64,000 nt of DNA, from the NCBI GenBank assembly GCA_050084985.1, contig JBITNC010000001.1, positions 67,270,001-67,334,000 of the forward strand. The letters are read 5' to 3'. Made by a program: the position numbers and the translations under genes. Below are positions 26,501 to 40,400 of this stretch, in pieces (within the stretch, counting starts at the first letter, position 1; the number at the start of each line of letters is the position of its first letter). A model generated the notes under the pieces. That model had not been told where the DNA came from. It did no database searches and was given only the letters and a program-made list of their open reading frames with translations. This DNA comes from Nageia nagi (taxonomy: Eukaryota; Plantae; Pinophyta).

Positions 26501-29500
26501 TCTTTTAAAGTCATTAATAAGTCATTAGTAAAATGACAATTTACCAATTGTTGATAAATATTGGGAAAGAGAAATACCTTTTATTAAACCTTAATTCACC
26601 TTAGAGGCTAATAAATAGCCAAAATCCATAACTATCAATATGAAGAGAGAAGGAGCTAGAGGACATCCTTGATGAATAGATATACTCAAAGGAATGGTAT
26701 CAAATTGAATATTATTCAATTTAAACATGATTAAAGCATTATAAAAGAATATACAAATGGTAAAAATGAATCATTGGCCAAATTCCAAAGCCTAAAGTAT
26801 AGCTATGATAAAATACCATTCCACTTTATCATAATCTTTTTCAAAATTAATCTTTAAAAATAAGACAACTTGTCTGGAATTCCTAGTCCACTCCAAACCT
26901 TCCCAAATAGTTAATACATTATCTAAAATAAGTCTACCTTGCACAAAGGCTATCTTTTGAGGTTGAACAATTAGGTGGAGAATAGAGTGTAACTTCATAG
27001 CTAAAGCTTTAGCAATTATCTTGTAACTAACATTAGGAAGAGTTTTAGGTCACTAATTGGTGATGATCTCAAGGTCTCCACTCTTAGGAATATTTGAGAT
27101 CCCTTAAGGAGCCTTTCTAGAGAGCTTCCAAGTAAACATTATGTAAATTTGAGCCAAACATATCCCAAAACTCTTTATAAAATTCATAAGGAAAGCAATC
27201 AAGCCCAAGGGATTTGTAATCAACTATGAAGGCAAGAGCATATTTTAGATCATATTTAGAGAGAGGAGTATCACATTAATCCCTTTGATCCTATGATAGT
27301 TTATTAGGAACTATTGAAAAAAATTCAACTAAAGCCTATTGACAAACCAAGAAAGAGGTTAAGAAGAAGATACCTTATGCTAATGATATACAAATTAATT
27401 AATTACGTGATGCAACTTAGTAAGTATCCCATAATTACATTACAAAGCATGAAAATAGGATCGATAGTTGAGTGGGGGGATGAATATTCTTTAAGAATTC
27501 CTTTGAAACCTTATCTTCCACTTTCAACCATTGAATACAAGCTTTAAGTTGAGCATCTTTGGATTCATATATTTAAAATTTCTTAAGCTCATGTTGAAGG
27601 TAAGCAATTTGGGCTTGAAGATGCACATTAAAAGGGGAAGACTCCAATTGTAAGCAAGCTTTAAAAATATTACTACGTAAAGAGGAATTGACTTTCTTCC
27701 TTAAATTCTTGGCAATATCAACTCCTAAGGAACTCAACACTTGGTAGTGTAAGATATTGTATAATTGCAAAAATAAATCCATCATGAGATGCCTTAATGA
27801 GGAGGAATAAGATTTCAAAATTGAGAAATGTGAGCTTTCATAACCAAATAATGTAAAAAGAACACATTCATATAGAATTGAAAGGAAGGGACCTTAGTGG
27901 GAGAAAACTATGAGGAAATAAAAAAGGTGATAAGGGAATGGTCAAACAAAGTAGTACTAGGAAGAGGCATCACAAATGTAGAAGAATAGCTAAGTCGATT
28001 AAAATGAAAAGAGTCATATTTAGAAATCATAGATTTACCCAAATGTTCTAAAATTTTAGCATTACCATATTAAAAATTATACTAGGTATACCAAATATGA
28101 AGAGGAAATGCTAAGGAAGTAAAGAAAGAATTTGGGTCAAATAATCGTAACTTATTTTTCATAAAGAATCATGCCTCTCTTTCCCCAACACACCATCTTT
28201 CGAAACTATGACTTAATTTATCAGTATTTTTTTCTACCATATTAAAGTCTCCACAAAAAAATTAGGTAACAAAAGTAAAGATAATGCTAGCCAGTTCCAT
28301 AAGTCACATATGTCAGAATAATCATTAAGGAGGCATAAATATTAATCAATCCAAAAGGTTTATCTTTACTTTCCAATAATGTCCAAAAAACTTGATTAGT
28401 AGGGTCACCCCCCATATTATAATATCATCATACCACTTATTGGAAATATACATAATAGCATCACCATGTCCAACCATATGTTGTATGGTAAAAATCTTGC
28501 TTTGGGGAAAATAAAAGTTACAAACATACTAGAGATTAAAATCAATAATTTTAACTTCATGTAAAAATCAATCATTCCATACTGATAAGTAATGGTTATG
28601 AACTCACCTTGAATTGTGTATTTTTAGATTAGATCCATCAATCCACACACATTCCATGATAGAAAAATCATGACGAACCATCAAGGTTCATGATCTCCAT
28701 GACATCCTCATAAGCTCCTATGTCTAACAATGAGCTACATAGGTTTGACACACTGGTGGAGATCCTAATAGAAAATGCCACCTAATAAGAATGGTCCTTA
28801 ACATGTATATGCAACTTCTATTAAAGGTTAAAGAGAGTGGATCCCAATGAGATTTGGAAGTTGGAGTATAATCTTCCATAGAGTGATTACCTATAGGAAA
28901 TGTTGGTTGCATGGCAATTCAAGAATATATCCCTACTAAAGCAAATGAGGTATATTCCATAAGGAAGATAAGAAATAATATTAGTATGAGTCTTTCAGGT
29001 TGTACTAGATAGGCTTGTTTATCCACAAATATAAGAGAAGCATTATTGTCATATGTCCTAGATGATAGTGGTTACATGTGGCTTTCAATAGGAGAAATAG
29101 CCAAGGGAGATACTATAGATGTTTGGGGGTGTCAAATTGATGATGAAGCCTATTCAACCACCTTGGAGCTTTGATATTTCTTATGTTGCACCATTTTCTA
29201 TTGACTTTGATTTCCTTTGGTAGCATTGGACGCCACTACCTGGCCATCTAGATTATCTAGAGCATTTTGAGTTATCTTGAAATTTCCTTCCATAAGTGGA
29301 TAATCATGAATCTTGTGTAAAACTAACTAGAAATAGAAATAAGTATTAGGCAAATAAATAAAAACTACCCTTTTTTGGATAATATGATCTTTTATTGTGA
29401 TGTCCACAAATTCTAAGAGATATTTGTTAAGGTCTACCTTAATACAAACTCATCTAATTGGAGGAGATGAGAATTATTTCTCTAGTTCAAAGGAAAAACA

Positions 29501-30170
29501 TATACCTAAAGGAGCACCTATAGTTTGCAAAAATATCTAATAAGGTAAAGGAAATCTAGGGAATTCCACCTAAATAGGGACCTCTATAATGACTTGATCA
29601 CTAAGTAAAAATATTTGGAGTAGGCTTGTAGCTTAAGAAAGGAATTCCTAATGGTACATTACCTAGATCTAGCAAGGACTTTATCAATCTAAGAAGGTTT
29701 AGATAAATGGAAAAGGAAATACCCTTTGGTTAGGTTTTGCACATTATAAACTTTTACCCCATGGCGACCCCAAACTTATTGAACCTAGGCATGAATGATA
29801 CTATCATAGGGATTCATACCAAAAAATAACCTACTAAGGTATGGATTTCAAACCCCTAATATGAATTTTGAAATTCATTCAGGAGAATAACAATAGAGGG
29901 GTAAGGAATCTTACCTCATGAAATAATTTGGGTAGACTCTTTCTCAGATGTTTCCCTAGTGCCATCTCACTCATTTGTTGACTTAGAATTAACTGAGGTA
30001 ATGACTTGACCTGAAGCCATTTTAAAGGAAAACTCTAAAACCACCTAAGGCAATGCAAATTCAAAAGGATGATAAGGTAGGTAATTGAATAATTCCCATG
30101 AGTGAGTGGTATGATATGCACAATGAAACACAAATGAAAAGACCAACTAGCAACATATGCAAATTGGTTC
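23538..30170 (-). mobile_element. Near full-length degenerate L1-type LINE
   Basis: ORF1 remnants ~29200-29950, endonuclease ~27900-28670, RT (26792-26998 AFVQGRLILDNV..LKINFEKDYDKVEW), zf-RVT (24385-24591 CNFCCETKDFLHVFWLC), short A-tail at 23539-23543(-); candidate TSD TTTAATTTTA at 23528-23537 and 30171-30180. Confidence 0.85.
25096..25739 (-). mobile_element. Solo LTR inserted in the LINE
   Basis: Minus strand begins TGTAGACACCTAAAAATG; flanked by CCAAC/CCACC (5-bp TSD, one mismatch); LINE frame IWW|SKVFS is restored on removal. Confidence 0.75.
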
Positions 30171-30374
30171 TTTAATTTTATTTATTTTTAAAATAGGAAG
30201 AAGTTTAATCATGATTAAGGTTGATCTTAACTCCTATAAAATTTAGGATAAACATCAATTCCCTTAATATTATTGAGTTTTCATATACCTTTTGGGAAGG
30301 ATTTGGATGCTAAATTCAAAGGATTATAACTCATCAAATAGGTATCATTCTTCTTGTTTAATTTTATATATGCT

Positions 30375-31403
30375 CACTACTACCAAAAGATCAACTTGTG
30401 TCCTTTTTTGCATATTCAAACATGAAAAATGAAAATCAACATTAATTTGCATCCTACTACATCGACATGCATCATTTTAATTTTTTTTTCCATTTTTCAC
30501 TTTTTTGACATAAAAATCGATGCAAAATTTGTGTCGCATTTCACTAACTAAAAATAAAACAAATTTTACCTATTCATCAATTGACCAATCGATGACTCAC
30601 ATTTATTTTTTCCTCCATCTGTACCAAAAGTGATTACCCAATAGCCAAATACCCTCTCCTATTTATATATATCAACAAACCCTCCTTATAATCCTCACAT
30701 TTTCTATACTTTAGCTAATTTGTTTCTTCCTTAGATTTTAGGTTTTGATTATAGCTATGGCACCTAAGGTAGAGAAAAAGCCCATAAAGAATAAGCCCAT
30801 AAGAAAAAATAGTTGTAGAGAAATCTCTAGTTGCAAAAAAGAAAACTCCTTCGAAGGTCGATAAAGAAGCAGACAACAAGAAATGGAAAATAACATTAAA
30901 AACATTGTTGTATTATTTAGAAAAAATATATAAAATAAATTAAAATTTTTAAAACCTAAACCACTAACCCCATTCCTAAACTAGTTTAATGGACCTATGT
31001 CATTGCTCCAAAGATCTAATAAAAATGATGTACCTTGCAGAGGTTGTAAATTTATATCCAAATATTATTTTGAGCTTGTTTATTTTTTAAATCACACATA
31101 ATTAAAATATATACAATTCTATGATATTTTATTCTAGAAATTGATGCAAAAAATGATGAAAAAACTAATAAAAAATTGACGTAAATTCTAAAAAATTGAT
31201 GCAAATTATAAAAATTTGATGCAAAACATTAATGCAAAAATTGGTAATCCAACACAAATTTTGACACAAAATTTGATGTAAATCTAATGTAGAAAAGGAT
31301 GCAAAAAATACCTTGTCAGTTACATCAAAATTTGCATTGATTTTTGGTGTTGAAGTTAAAAAAATACTATGTTTGGATGCAAATTAGGGTTTATTTAGTA
31401 GTG
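30375..31403 (+). mobile_element. Non-autonomous CACTA element carrying a histone H2B 5' fragment (Pack-CACTA)
   Basis: CACTACTACCAAAAG ... TTTAGTAGTG, perfect TSD GCT/GCT (30372-30374, 31404-31406), many subterminal TGATGCAAA/TTTGCATC repeats near both ends. Confidence 0.92.
30757..30910 (+). pseudogene. H2B: Captured histone H2B N-terminal tail fragment
   Basis: ATG 30757: MAPKVEKKPIKNKPI, then after a frameshift EKIVVEKSLVAKKKTPSKVDKEADNKKWK; resembles plant H2B MAPKAEKKPAEKKPAEEK...DKKKK; preceded by CCAAT and TATA-like sequence; histone fold absent. Confidence 0.7.
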
Positions 31404-32339
31404 GCTAAATCAAATATTTTTATGTTTAGTTATATGAGCTTATGTGCCTTAGTTAGCTGATAATTATCATATTACATTTCTTAATTGTATTTCTTCTTGT
31501 TGATTTTTATATTTAGTTTTGTAGATAAATAATTCTATTTTTTAATTACTATAAATAATTTTATTTATCTACATTTTTTGTAAACCTAGGTTGAGTTGGT
31601 TACAAGCGGACCTTGTTGCATATTGAGTCACGTGTTAAATTTCCACCAACCATGACATACATTGTACTCCCATCAAATTGTCTTATAGATCGCTCTTGGT
31701 CTCTTGTTGACATTAATAAACTTTCTTTCTTTCTTTATATTTTTAAAAAAAATTGTGGACTTTTTAGTTCATGAATAAATGCTAAAACCCTAGATTTTGG
31801 CAAGTGTTTTCTTGGATTTTGTGAGTCATATGATCCTAAAATTTTATGTAAACCCTAAATATTTATGGTGGAAAAACATCTTTGATTCTATGAGATTTAG
31901 ATTATGCTGTTTGAGTACATTTTCTTTAATTTTTTAAATCTTATATTTGAATGATTGTATCAAACCCTAGAAATCATCATATTTAGTACAAATCCTTTTA
32001 GTATACTTTTTATTGATTGGAACATGGTATGTACCATCTTCACCCTTTTGTATGAACTTGTCATAAAAGAAAAACCTAAAATAATAAAATCAAGGAAACT
32101 AAATAAAAGTGTTATTACTACTATGCCAAAAGGAATGAATAAAAGGTTGAAAAAAATACTTAGTAGAGAAATAAATAAGAGAATAATTGAATATTTTAAA
32201 GTAAATCAAGATAATGATGATTATCATGACCCAATTATTGTTCCCACTATGCATCATATGTTGACATTATCCTCACATCATCCACTACCATAGATATACA
32301 CCATGTTATCATGTATGGTTTTATTTTGGATTACCTAGT

Positions 32340-33777
32340 TCTATTATTTCAAATAGAGGTTCTATATTCTTGGATAAGTTTTGGACTTATTTATGGGAAA
32401 AGATGGATACTAGGCTAAAAAGAAGCACTCGAATGGGCAAATTGAAGTGGTTAATAGGAAAGTAGTTTAGTTGTTAAGGGGTTATTATAGCAAGCAAGTC
32501 TTGGAAAGAGCATCTTGTATTCATTCAACACTCATACAATAGGGCAATTCATTATTCTACAAATAAATCTCTATTTAAAATATATTATGGTCTTTTATGT
32601 CCATCATCTTATGATTGTGTGTTTGAACAATAAAAGGATGATGATGTTTTAGTTGTGCATGAAGAAAAGCAATTTGAATGATTTATTGATAAGATAAGAT
32701 AAATTCAATTGAAGGTTCAAGAGAAACTACAAGTTAGCCAATCTAAATATAATTTGAGGCATAAAAAGCACAGGGTTGACCATAAATTCCAAGTGGAAGA
32801 TCAAGTTTGGCTATATCTCAATAAGGAGAGGCTACAAGGACCAACTAAGAAATTTAAACCTATCAGATATCGACCATTTCATATTATAGAGAAAGTAAAT
32901 GAATATGCTTTTAGATTGGATATACCTTCTTATATGAATATATACTCGATTATGAATGTGGATAACTTGAAGTACTAAGAAAGAGAAGGTTATAGGTTAG
33001 ATTTTATCATCAATTGATGACTTATATTCAAACACCATGAATGAGCTTGGGGAAGATTCAATTCTATAATGAAAGGTTCATACTACAAGGAGAGGTGAGT
33101 AAGAGATCTGGTTGGTAGTGTTGAAAGGATAGTTACCTACTAAGGCAAAGTGGTTTGATAAAGCTAAGGTGGGGGAATTTTTTCCTCATATTATCCATAC
33201 TTAAGAATTTATGGTACAAAATTCCTTTTCCATGGGGGAGGCATGATCTGAATAGATTAATTTAGAATTCTAATATTACATGAGTAGAGATATATGCACT
33301 CTATATTCAAAATTAGACATATGCTAGTGATTTGATGTGATGCATCCACTAGAAGAATGTGGAAATCATATATTTGTATTCCTTATGCAGAAAAGTTTGA
33401 ATGATTAAGGTTGTTTTGATTGCCATAATGTTGTAGGGAGGTGTTTGAATAGTTTGGGAGGTTGTACGTTGCTTCAGAGTTGTATATCTACTTGTGAGAT
33501 TCATTGTTCAAGGTCATTGAACTATTTTGATTCAAGGAGATTTGAAGAAGTTGTAGAAGTAGTAAGGATTGTTACTAAATATGGCATGTTTTTCCATGAT
33601 CTTATTTCTATAAATACATATAAAATTCCCATAATGAATAAGAGGAATCATTAAAATGGATTTACTCTTATACTAGGAGAAACAAGTATAAATTTCTTGT
33701 ATTCTTTGTGTGCTTTTCTTGATCTTTACTATTCTATGTATTTGATCTATGATTTCACATTTACACACTACATTTCA
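32340..33777 (+). mobile_element. 3' end of a Ty3/gypsy chromovirus-like element (integrase C-terminus, chromodomain-like region, PPT, 3' LTR 33244-~33777)
   Basis: FWTYLWEKMDTRLKRST..NGQIEVVNR; ORF 32709-32978 (FQVEDQVWL..KFKPIRYRPFHIIEKV, GPY/F region); WLVVLKG*LPTKAKWFD; PPT ATGGGGGAGGCA then TGATC. Confidence 0.85.
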
Positions 33778-36239
33778 TGAGAGTATTCAACCAAGTTCAT
33801 AGAATGGATTCCCTAAAATTTTTTTTTTAGAGCACCCACACCATAGTTTTAGTACAGTTGAATAATATATAAAATAATCAATGACATCTATATGTGATAA
33901 ACTTTAGTACAACATAGCTATCTAAGTTTTACAGATTAAATGTATAGGTGATGGAGGAAACCAATATGAGTGGGAATGAGAATGTTCCTTAAATAAGTGG
34001 CTAGGGGTAATACAACTAACAACATGTGGAGCATTACCCCAATAATATGATAAGGTATGTAGGCCACTAATCTCTACTTCAATTTTATGAGCTTGGTTGG
34101 AAATTTACAGCCATACATCGTAAAACACTTCCAGTTTGTTAGCAAGAGAAATTCATGGAAGGTTCTACATATTTTAAAATAGATTTTTTTCTAGATTTTC
34201 ATATATGAAAGAGCAGCTTAACTTTGAAAGCTTTCCACACTTCTTGTAAGGGAAGGGTGACTATGAAAGGGTCCCTTAGTAAAGCATGTTGAAAGGAAAA
34301 TAAAATCAGTATATATCAAATAAAAAAATAAGCTACCTAGTCCAATACAACTCTAGAATATATATAAGTCCAAAAATGATGCATACAAAACTTAGGTTCA
34401 TTACAAAAAGGGCACCTAGGGTCACAAACACCTAGATGTTGCAATATAGAGCCAAAAGGGAGACCTTAGTTTAACAAAATCCATGCAAAAAAAGAAATTA
34501 TTTGGTTTCATATAAGAAATCCAAGAGTATAGAAAATTGAATTTCCATTTGGAATGTTTGGAAACAAGATCCCACTTTTCATGGAGATTAGGAATTGTAT
34601 GCAAGGTTGATGAGAACCAAGCATACCCAATACTATCTCTGTAAATGAGAAAGGGTGTATCAACATGCTAGGACCAATATTTCCATCATGGTTGTTGAGA
34701 CCACACTCCAACCTTATGTAGAAGAGAGAAATGCCTAATATCAATTATAATTGTGTCATAAGTTTCTTTTTCCACATTGGTAGGCCAAAATGTGCATTTG
34801 AAAACATCCCAAGGGATCCAATACTGGGTATGTCTAGAGAAAAAATTGACAATTGTGATAATAACTCTTTTGAAAAAATTCTATGCACAAGTCCAATGAA
34901 TTTGTGTAAGAGGAATGCCTTGTAAGTGGAAGAGAGTGGACCACTAGATATTAAGATTATTAATGGAAAGGCCCTTGTGAAAAATCTCACCTTGCCATTT
35001 TATCCATGAAAAACATTATTACCATTCCTTCTAAATATTTTTGTTCACAAATGATCTAATGATTTTGACAAAGATTGGTGATAAAAATAGCAAAGGGAAA
35101 TACATGCTTAAACATACCTTATGATTAAGGGGAAACCAAAAGAAATGAAATAGTGAAGGAAAATATTTCAAGGTTCTAATCCCTTAAGAGCTCGAACAAC
35201 CTACTTTGCATAAAGCAAAACTCCTTGTATTTTATATTTAAATAAACCCATTTGCTTGAGTCCTTGAGAAGGCAACACATATTTTAGGAAAATCTATGAT
35301 AACCAATTTTCATTCAAATTTGTTTATCTAAAGAAATTACCTTTACAGTTTCTCAAGATTATTGTAACAAGCCTATGAAGGGATCCAACATGATCAGTAG
35401 TAAACATGAGTGGAAGAAAGGACTTTGGAGACTAATTTGGAATTATCTTACCAAGGATAATTTTTTAGAATTCCAATAATCAAGATTATTTTCTATTGTT
35501 AATAATATAATACAACAATTGGGAAGGTGAATCTTAGAAGACAAAGGGAATGTTGAGGAATTTGAATACTTACGTATGAAGAATCCAATTTCATTGGAAT
35601 TGTGCAAGTCAAGGAGGTATATAAAATGGGGATTATCTATAATAAGAAGTTTTTCTTCACTAAATAATAGAATAGGAGGGTTTACAGAAGAAATTAAGAT
35701 AATTAAGAGCTTCAAATATATACTAGTCATCCTCCTGCAAAGTAAGAAAATAATCATCTACAAAATGATCATTGATAAACTACCATGGATTACTAGGGAG
35801 AGAGATGTACCTTGAAGCCTTCTTGCATAAGCATGTTTGATGAGAAGGTGGCAACATGCTTCTACTATAAACATATATGATGAGGGTGCAAGAGGGAATC
35901 CTTTATGGATAAATTTATGTATTCCGATAGCTTTAGTTTGGAAATGGTTTAGAGAGAGCACAAGCAAGGAATCCTTAAACAACATATTCATAGAGTGAAC
36001 AAAATGTTGGCCAAAGTTAAGGGTATCCAATATGAAAAGGATAAAGATCCATTCTATGTGATCATAGGCTTTTTGAAAGTCATTTTTGATAAAAAAAATA
36101 TGTTGATTAGACATTTTGGTCCACTCCGTACCTTCCCAAACTACTAGAATATTCTCCATAATGTACCTCTTTTATATGAATCCAATTCTTTCTAGTTGAA
36201 TAATGTTGGAAAGTAGAGGATGAAGCCTAAGGGTTAAAG

Positions 36240-36356
36240 CCTTAGCAATAATATTGTAGCTATCATTCATTAAAGTAGCCTTAGAAATAATCTTGTAGCT
36301 AACATTCAATAAAGTAACCTTATCAATATTCTTGTAGCTAACATTCAAAAATGTAA
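36240..36356 (-). repeat. 39-bp in-frame tandem triplication inside the LINE RT
   Basis: Three copies of CCTTAGCAATAATATTGTAGCTAACATTCAATAAAGTAG-like sequence encoding LLNVSYKIIAK-type motifs. Confidence 0.85.
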
Positions 36357-37429
36357 CGAGTCTGTAATTCGTGATTATATTTAGATCTCCTTGCTTGGGA
36401 ATAAACTTAATATTGCCTTTATTTATTATTGATCCAAGAGAACCTATTTTCTAAGCTTCAAGGTACACCTTCTATAGATTAAGTCCAATGAAATCCCAAT
36501 TGGTATTATATAATTCACCAAGAAAACTAGGGCTTAACATATTCAATCAGGGAAAGGGATTCCTCCATCTCTTCAACATAAATAAGATTAACACACCTTT
36601 CTCATTGAGAGGAAGAAAGATAAGTAGGGATGTCATCTTTACACAATTGAAGATATTTTTTCCTTTCAAGAGTGTAAGGTTATACCCCAAACACCTAGGT
36701 GTAATAATTAGTAAAGGAGATGGCAATATCAGGTAAAGAGGTAAACCAAACCTCGTTATTCATAATGGAATTGAAATGAGTGGTTTATCTTGGGGATCCT
36801 AATATTTGAAAAAATGATTTGATGACATGATATCCAATCTTTAACCAATGAAGTATGGATTTGATCTAGGCTCCTTTAGCTTCATAAAGTTACACCAACT
36901 TAAGTTCATACCTGATTTGAGCAACATGTATTTGAAGATGGTTAAAAAAGAATTAGTCATAAGTCAAAGGGAATATTTAGAAAACTCACCTCTCATTGAA
37001 GTGGTATAATATCCATGAAATTGAGCTTCCTTATTACCCAAATTATGAAGCAAAGAAATCATATGAAATATGACATCATTCCATCACTCAATCCACCCTG
37101 TGCCACCTATTGGTCAAGGAACAAAATTCTAAAATATCTAGCTATGACATGCCATGGATTCAAGTTAAAGAAATGAGGTTTACAATATGAACTACATTTG
37201 ATAATATCATTGAGGTAAGGAAGAAACCTCCACATTAAACATAATGAGTATATTATTCAAGGAGATCATGTTACAAACAATCTTAGTAAAGGGTAAATAA
37301 GGGAGATGGCAAGTAAAAGACAATTTTCTATGATCATACATCATGGCTTTATTAAGCCTCTTGAGGAATATTGCATGGCTAGATTGAAAATTAGACCATT
37401 TATACCAAATATGTTTAGGAAATTGCTAT

Positions 37430-40400
37430 TTTTGGAATTAGAGTTCAATCAAAGACCATTTGAGTTGAAAATCAAACCATTTGAAGATCAACTAGGCTTA
37501 CAAAAATAGATCAGTAAACATTTAGAAGGATTAACTTTTTGTAGATAAATCTAATTGAGATAATTATTTTTTCATTAGATAGTTATCAAATATACCTTTC
37601 CAACAAGTATATGCATACCTACCTTTATTGAATGTTTGACCATCATATTGGGCATTTTATGATAAGCTATTTAGTCTATTATGCCTCACCACAGACATGG
37701 TCCACCTAAAAACCTATGCACCAAACATAGTTCACCTAGTAGTTTGTGCACCAAGCATAGTGCACCTCACCTCGAGTGAAATACATCTCTCTCCTTTGGT
37801 CTAGGCATAATGCTCCTAAAAATAGAGCTTGATGGGCTATTCTTAGCATGTGTAGGATGATGATTTTTCATCTTCTAGTTTAGATTAGATATTGCTATGT
37901 TGGGTGTTAGTTTCACCTAATTGTTGTTAAGCATGTTAGAATATAATTATAACATCTAGTTAGATTTTTGGATTGGGTTGTAATAAGTTATGATCATGCA
38001 ACTTGAGTTTATATTTAGCACAATCTATTTCTGCATTTGTAAAAAATCTATATATGTAATGCTTTCATTTTTCAAATTAATGAAAGTAGAATACTTCTCA
38101 TTGTTGTATCATAGATTTAGGAAGATCTATAGGGTTAGAGTTAGTGGGTGAAATTGTAAGAATTTATTAAATTCTTTCAATAGACTATGATCCATTATTT
38201 TTTTATGTTAGAAATATGGTTGTCAACAACGACATTCTACCCAACAACCTTTTGTAGTGTGAATGAGTTGCTTCTAGTTGAGATTCTATCACAATGGAAG
38301 ATAGTTGGATGGCCACCATGTTTGAGAGTATAGAGATCCCAAAATTTTATGATAAATATTATGCTTACTGGATCATAAGAGTGAAAATTTTCTTAATGTT
38401 CAAAGACCTTTGGAGCATTGTAGAAGGAAACTATGAAGAACCCCTTATATGGAGAATGCTTGGAAAATAAGAGAAGAGATTAAAGAAAGAGGATCGATAT
38501 CAAAATTGCTTGGCTCTTATAAAATTGAGGAGAGGTATGAAATATAATATTTTCCCTCTTATTGCTAGTTGTAGGATAGCCACACATTCATGAAGAAGAC
38601 AAAGAATTTTATAGGAACTCTTTTGAGATAGTGTGTGACAATATACAAGATTGTATGAGCAGGGAAGAGCCTTGTTCCCTTAAAGATCCATTTGTATATC
38701 CCTATGAAGATTATTGTGGAGAGCCTTGTCAGCCTTGTATGATTCTTTTTATGGGAGACATGTCTTATGAAGGTATGCATGGTGATGGAGAATCCTTTCT
38801 TGAATAGGAGGATGTGAAGGAGCATAGTATGAGGCCTTGTGCAACTCTCATAGAAGAGAGTAATGTGGATGAACTTCTTCTTGCAAAGAAGAGAGAAGAA
38901 GGTGAAACTTATTGTGAAACCCTCGTTGTTGGAGGCATGCATTATGATGAAGGCATATATGCTAAATTTTTTCTTTTAGAGGGAGAATATGATGAAAAGA
39001 AAAAGTGTATTCATGAACCTATTATGGGAATGACATGTTTTGAAGACATTCACATTGATCATAAGGAGGGTGAATATATCATTAAAGAGATAGGTATTGA
39101 AGCATAATTATATGAAGATTATTTCCTATTTGAAAACCACTCCAAAGTGGATGAAGACCACCAAGATGAGGTGGATACAAATTATATCATGGAGGAGGGA
39201 TATGACCACAATTTTGTTGATGGAGCATGTCTCATGGAGGGGACATCTACACAAAAATTGGAAGAACAAATTCTCATTGAGGAGTGTTGATTTTTGGTTG
39301 CAACCTACATAGATGGAGTGAAAGATCATTCATTTGGAATGATATATTATAATACACTAGATTTGAGAGCTCACTCATTTCAAGTGAAAGATTATCTTGT
39401 TGGAAAGGCAATAGATGAATTTTTAGAAGCTGATTACCCATATGTTAGAGTTCTTCTAAAGGGGAGGAAAAGTGAAAGAGGAGGAGAAACCCTTATGATG
39501 GAGTGTTTATTGCTTAAGGAATACTCTCATAGAGTGGATGGATATTGTGAAACTCACTTGTTTGGAGTGAATGATGATTGTCTTAGAGAGGAAATACAAG
39601 ATAATGATCCAAGAGAGATCATAAATGAAGAGGAGGTGAAGAATATAAATTTCATGCTCAATGGAAAACCTCACTCATCAAGAGTGAAGGATGTATTGTG
39701 TGAAGAGAAGAGCATAAGAAACTATCTCATTTGGGAGGAGAAAGATGAAATAAAAAATGAGATAGAGAATGAAGTTATAATCAATGTTGGTGAGCTTCAA
39801 GTTGTTATGACTATGAAGGCATCAATTGTTATAGAACAATATCACTCATTAAGAGTGAAGACTATTTTGTATGAAGAAGACTATCTCAAGGAGGAGATGT
39901 AACATATTGAGATAGTCATTTATGGATTTAATGGTGTAATGGGGGCATCATCAAAGGAGATTGAGAATTATCTTGAAGAGGTAACTTTGGATGAATATAA
40001 CTCACTTGGAGTGATAACAAAGAGTTATCTTGAAGAGGTAACATCATACAAAGATAAATCATGGGAGTTCCATACTATGATTGAAGATTTGGTTGCTTCA
40101 AAAGCAAAATCAAAGGAAAGCTTATGGACATATACTCAATAAATAATCATTAGAGGTAAAATATTCTTGTTATTTAATTCATTTACTAATGATTTCTTTG
40201 ATAAAGGTAAATTCTATTAATATCCATTGGAGACCAATTGATCTATGGGAAAAATAAATTGCATAGCTCTAAGGCTATTATGAATGAAGAAGATGGTGTA
40301 TGTCTTATCAAGACATCACTTGAAGATTGTCTCATAGAGATAACATTACTAAAGAGTCTTCCTTTGGAGAATAAAAAGGTGGAGAGCTTGGGTCAATTGG

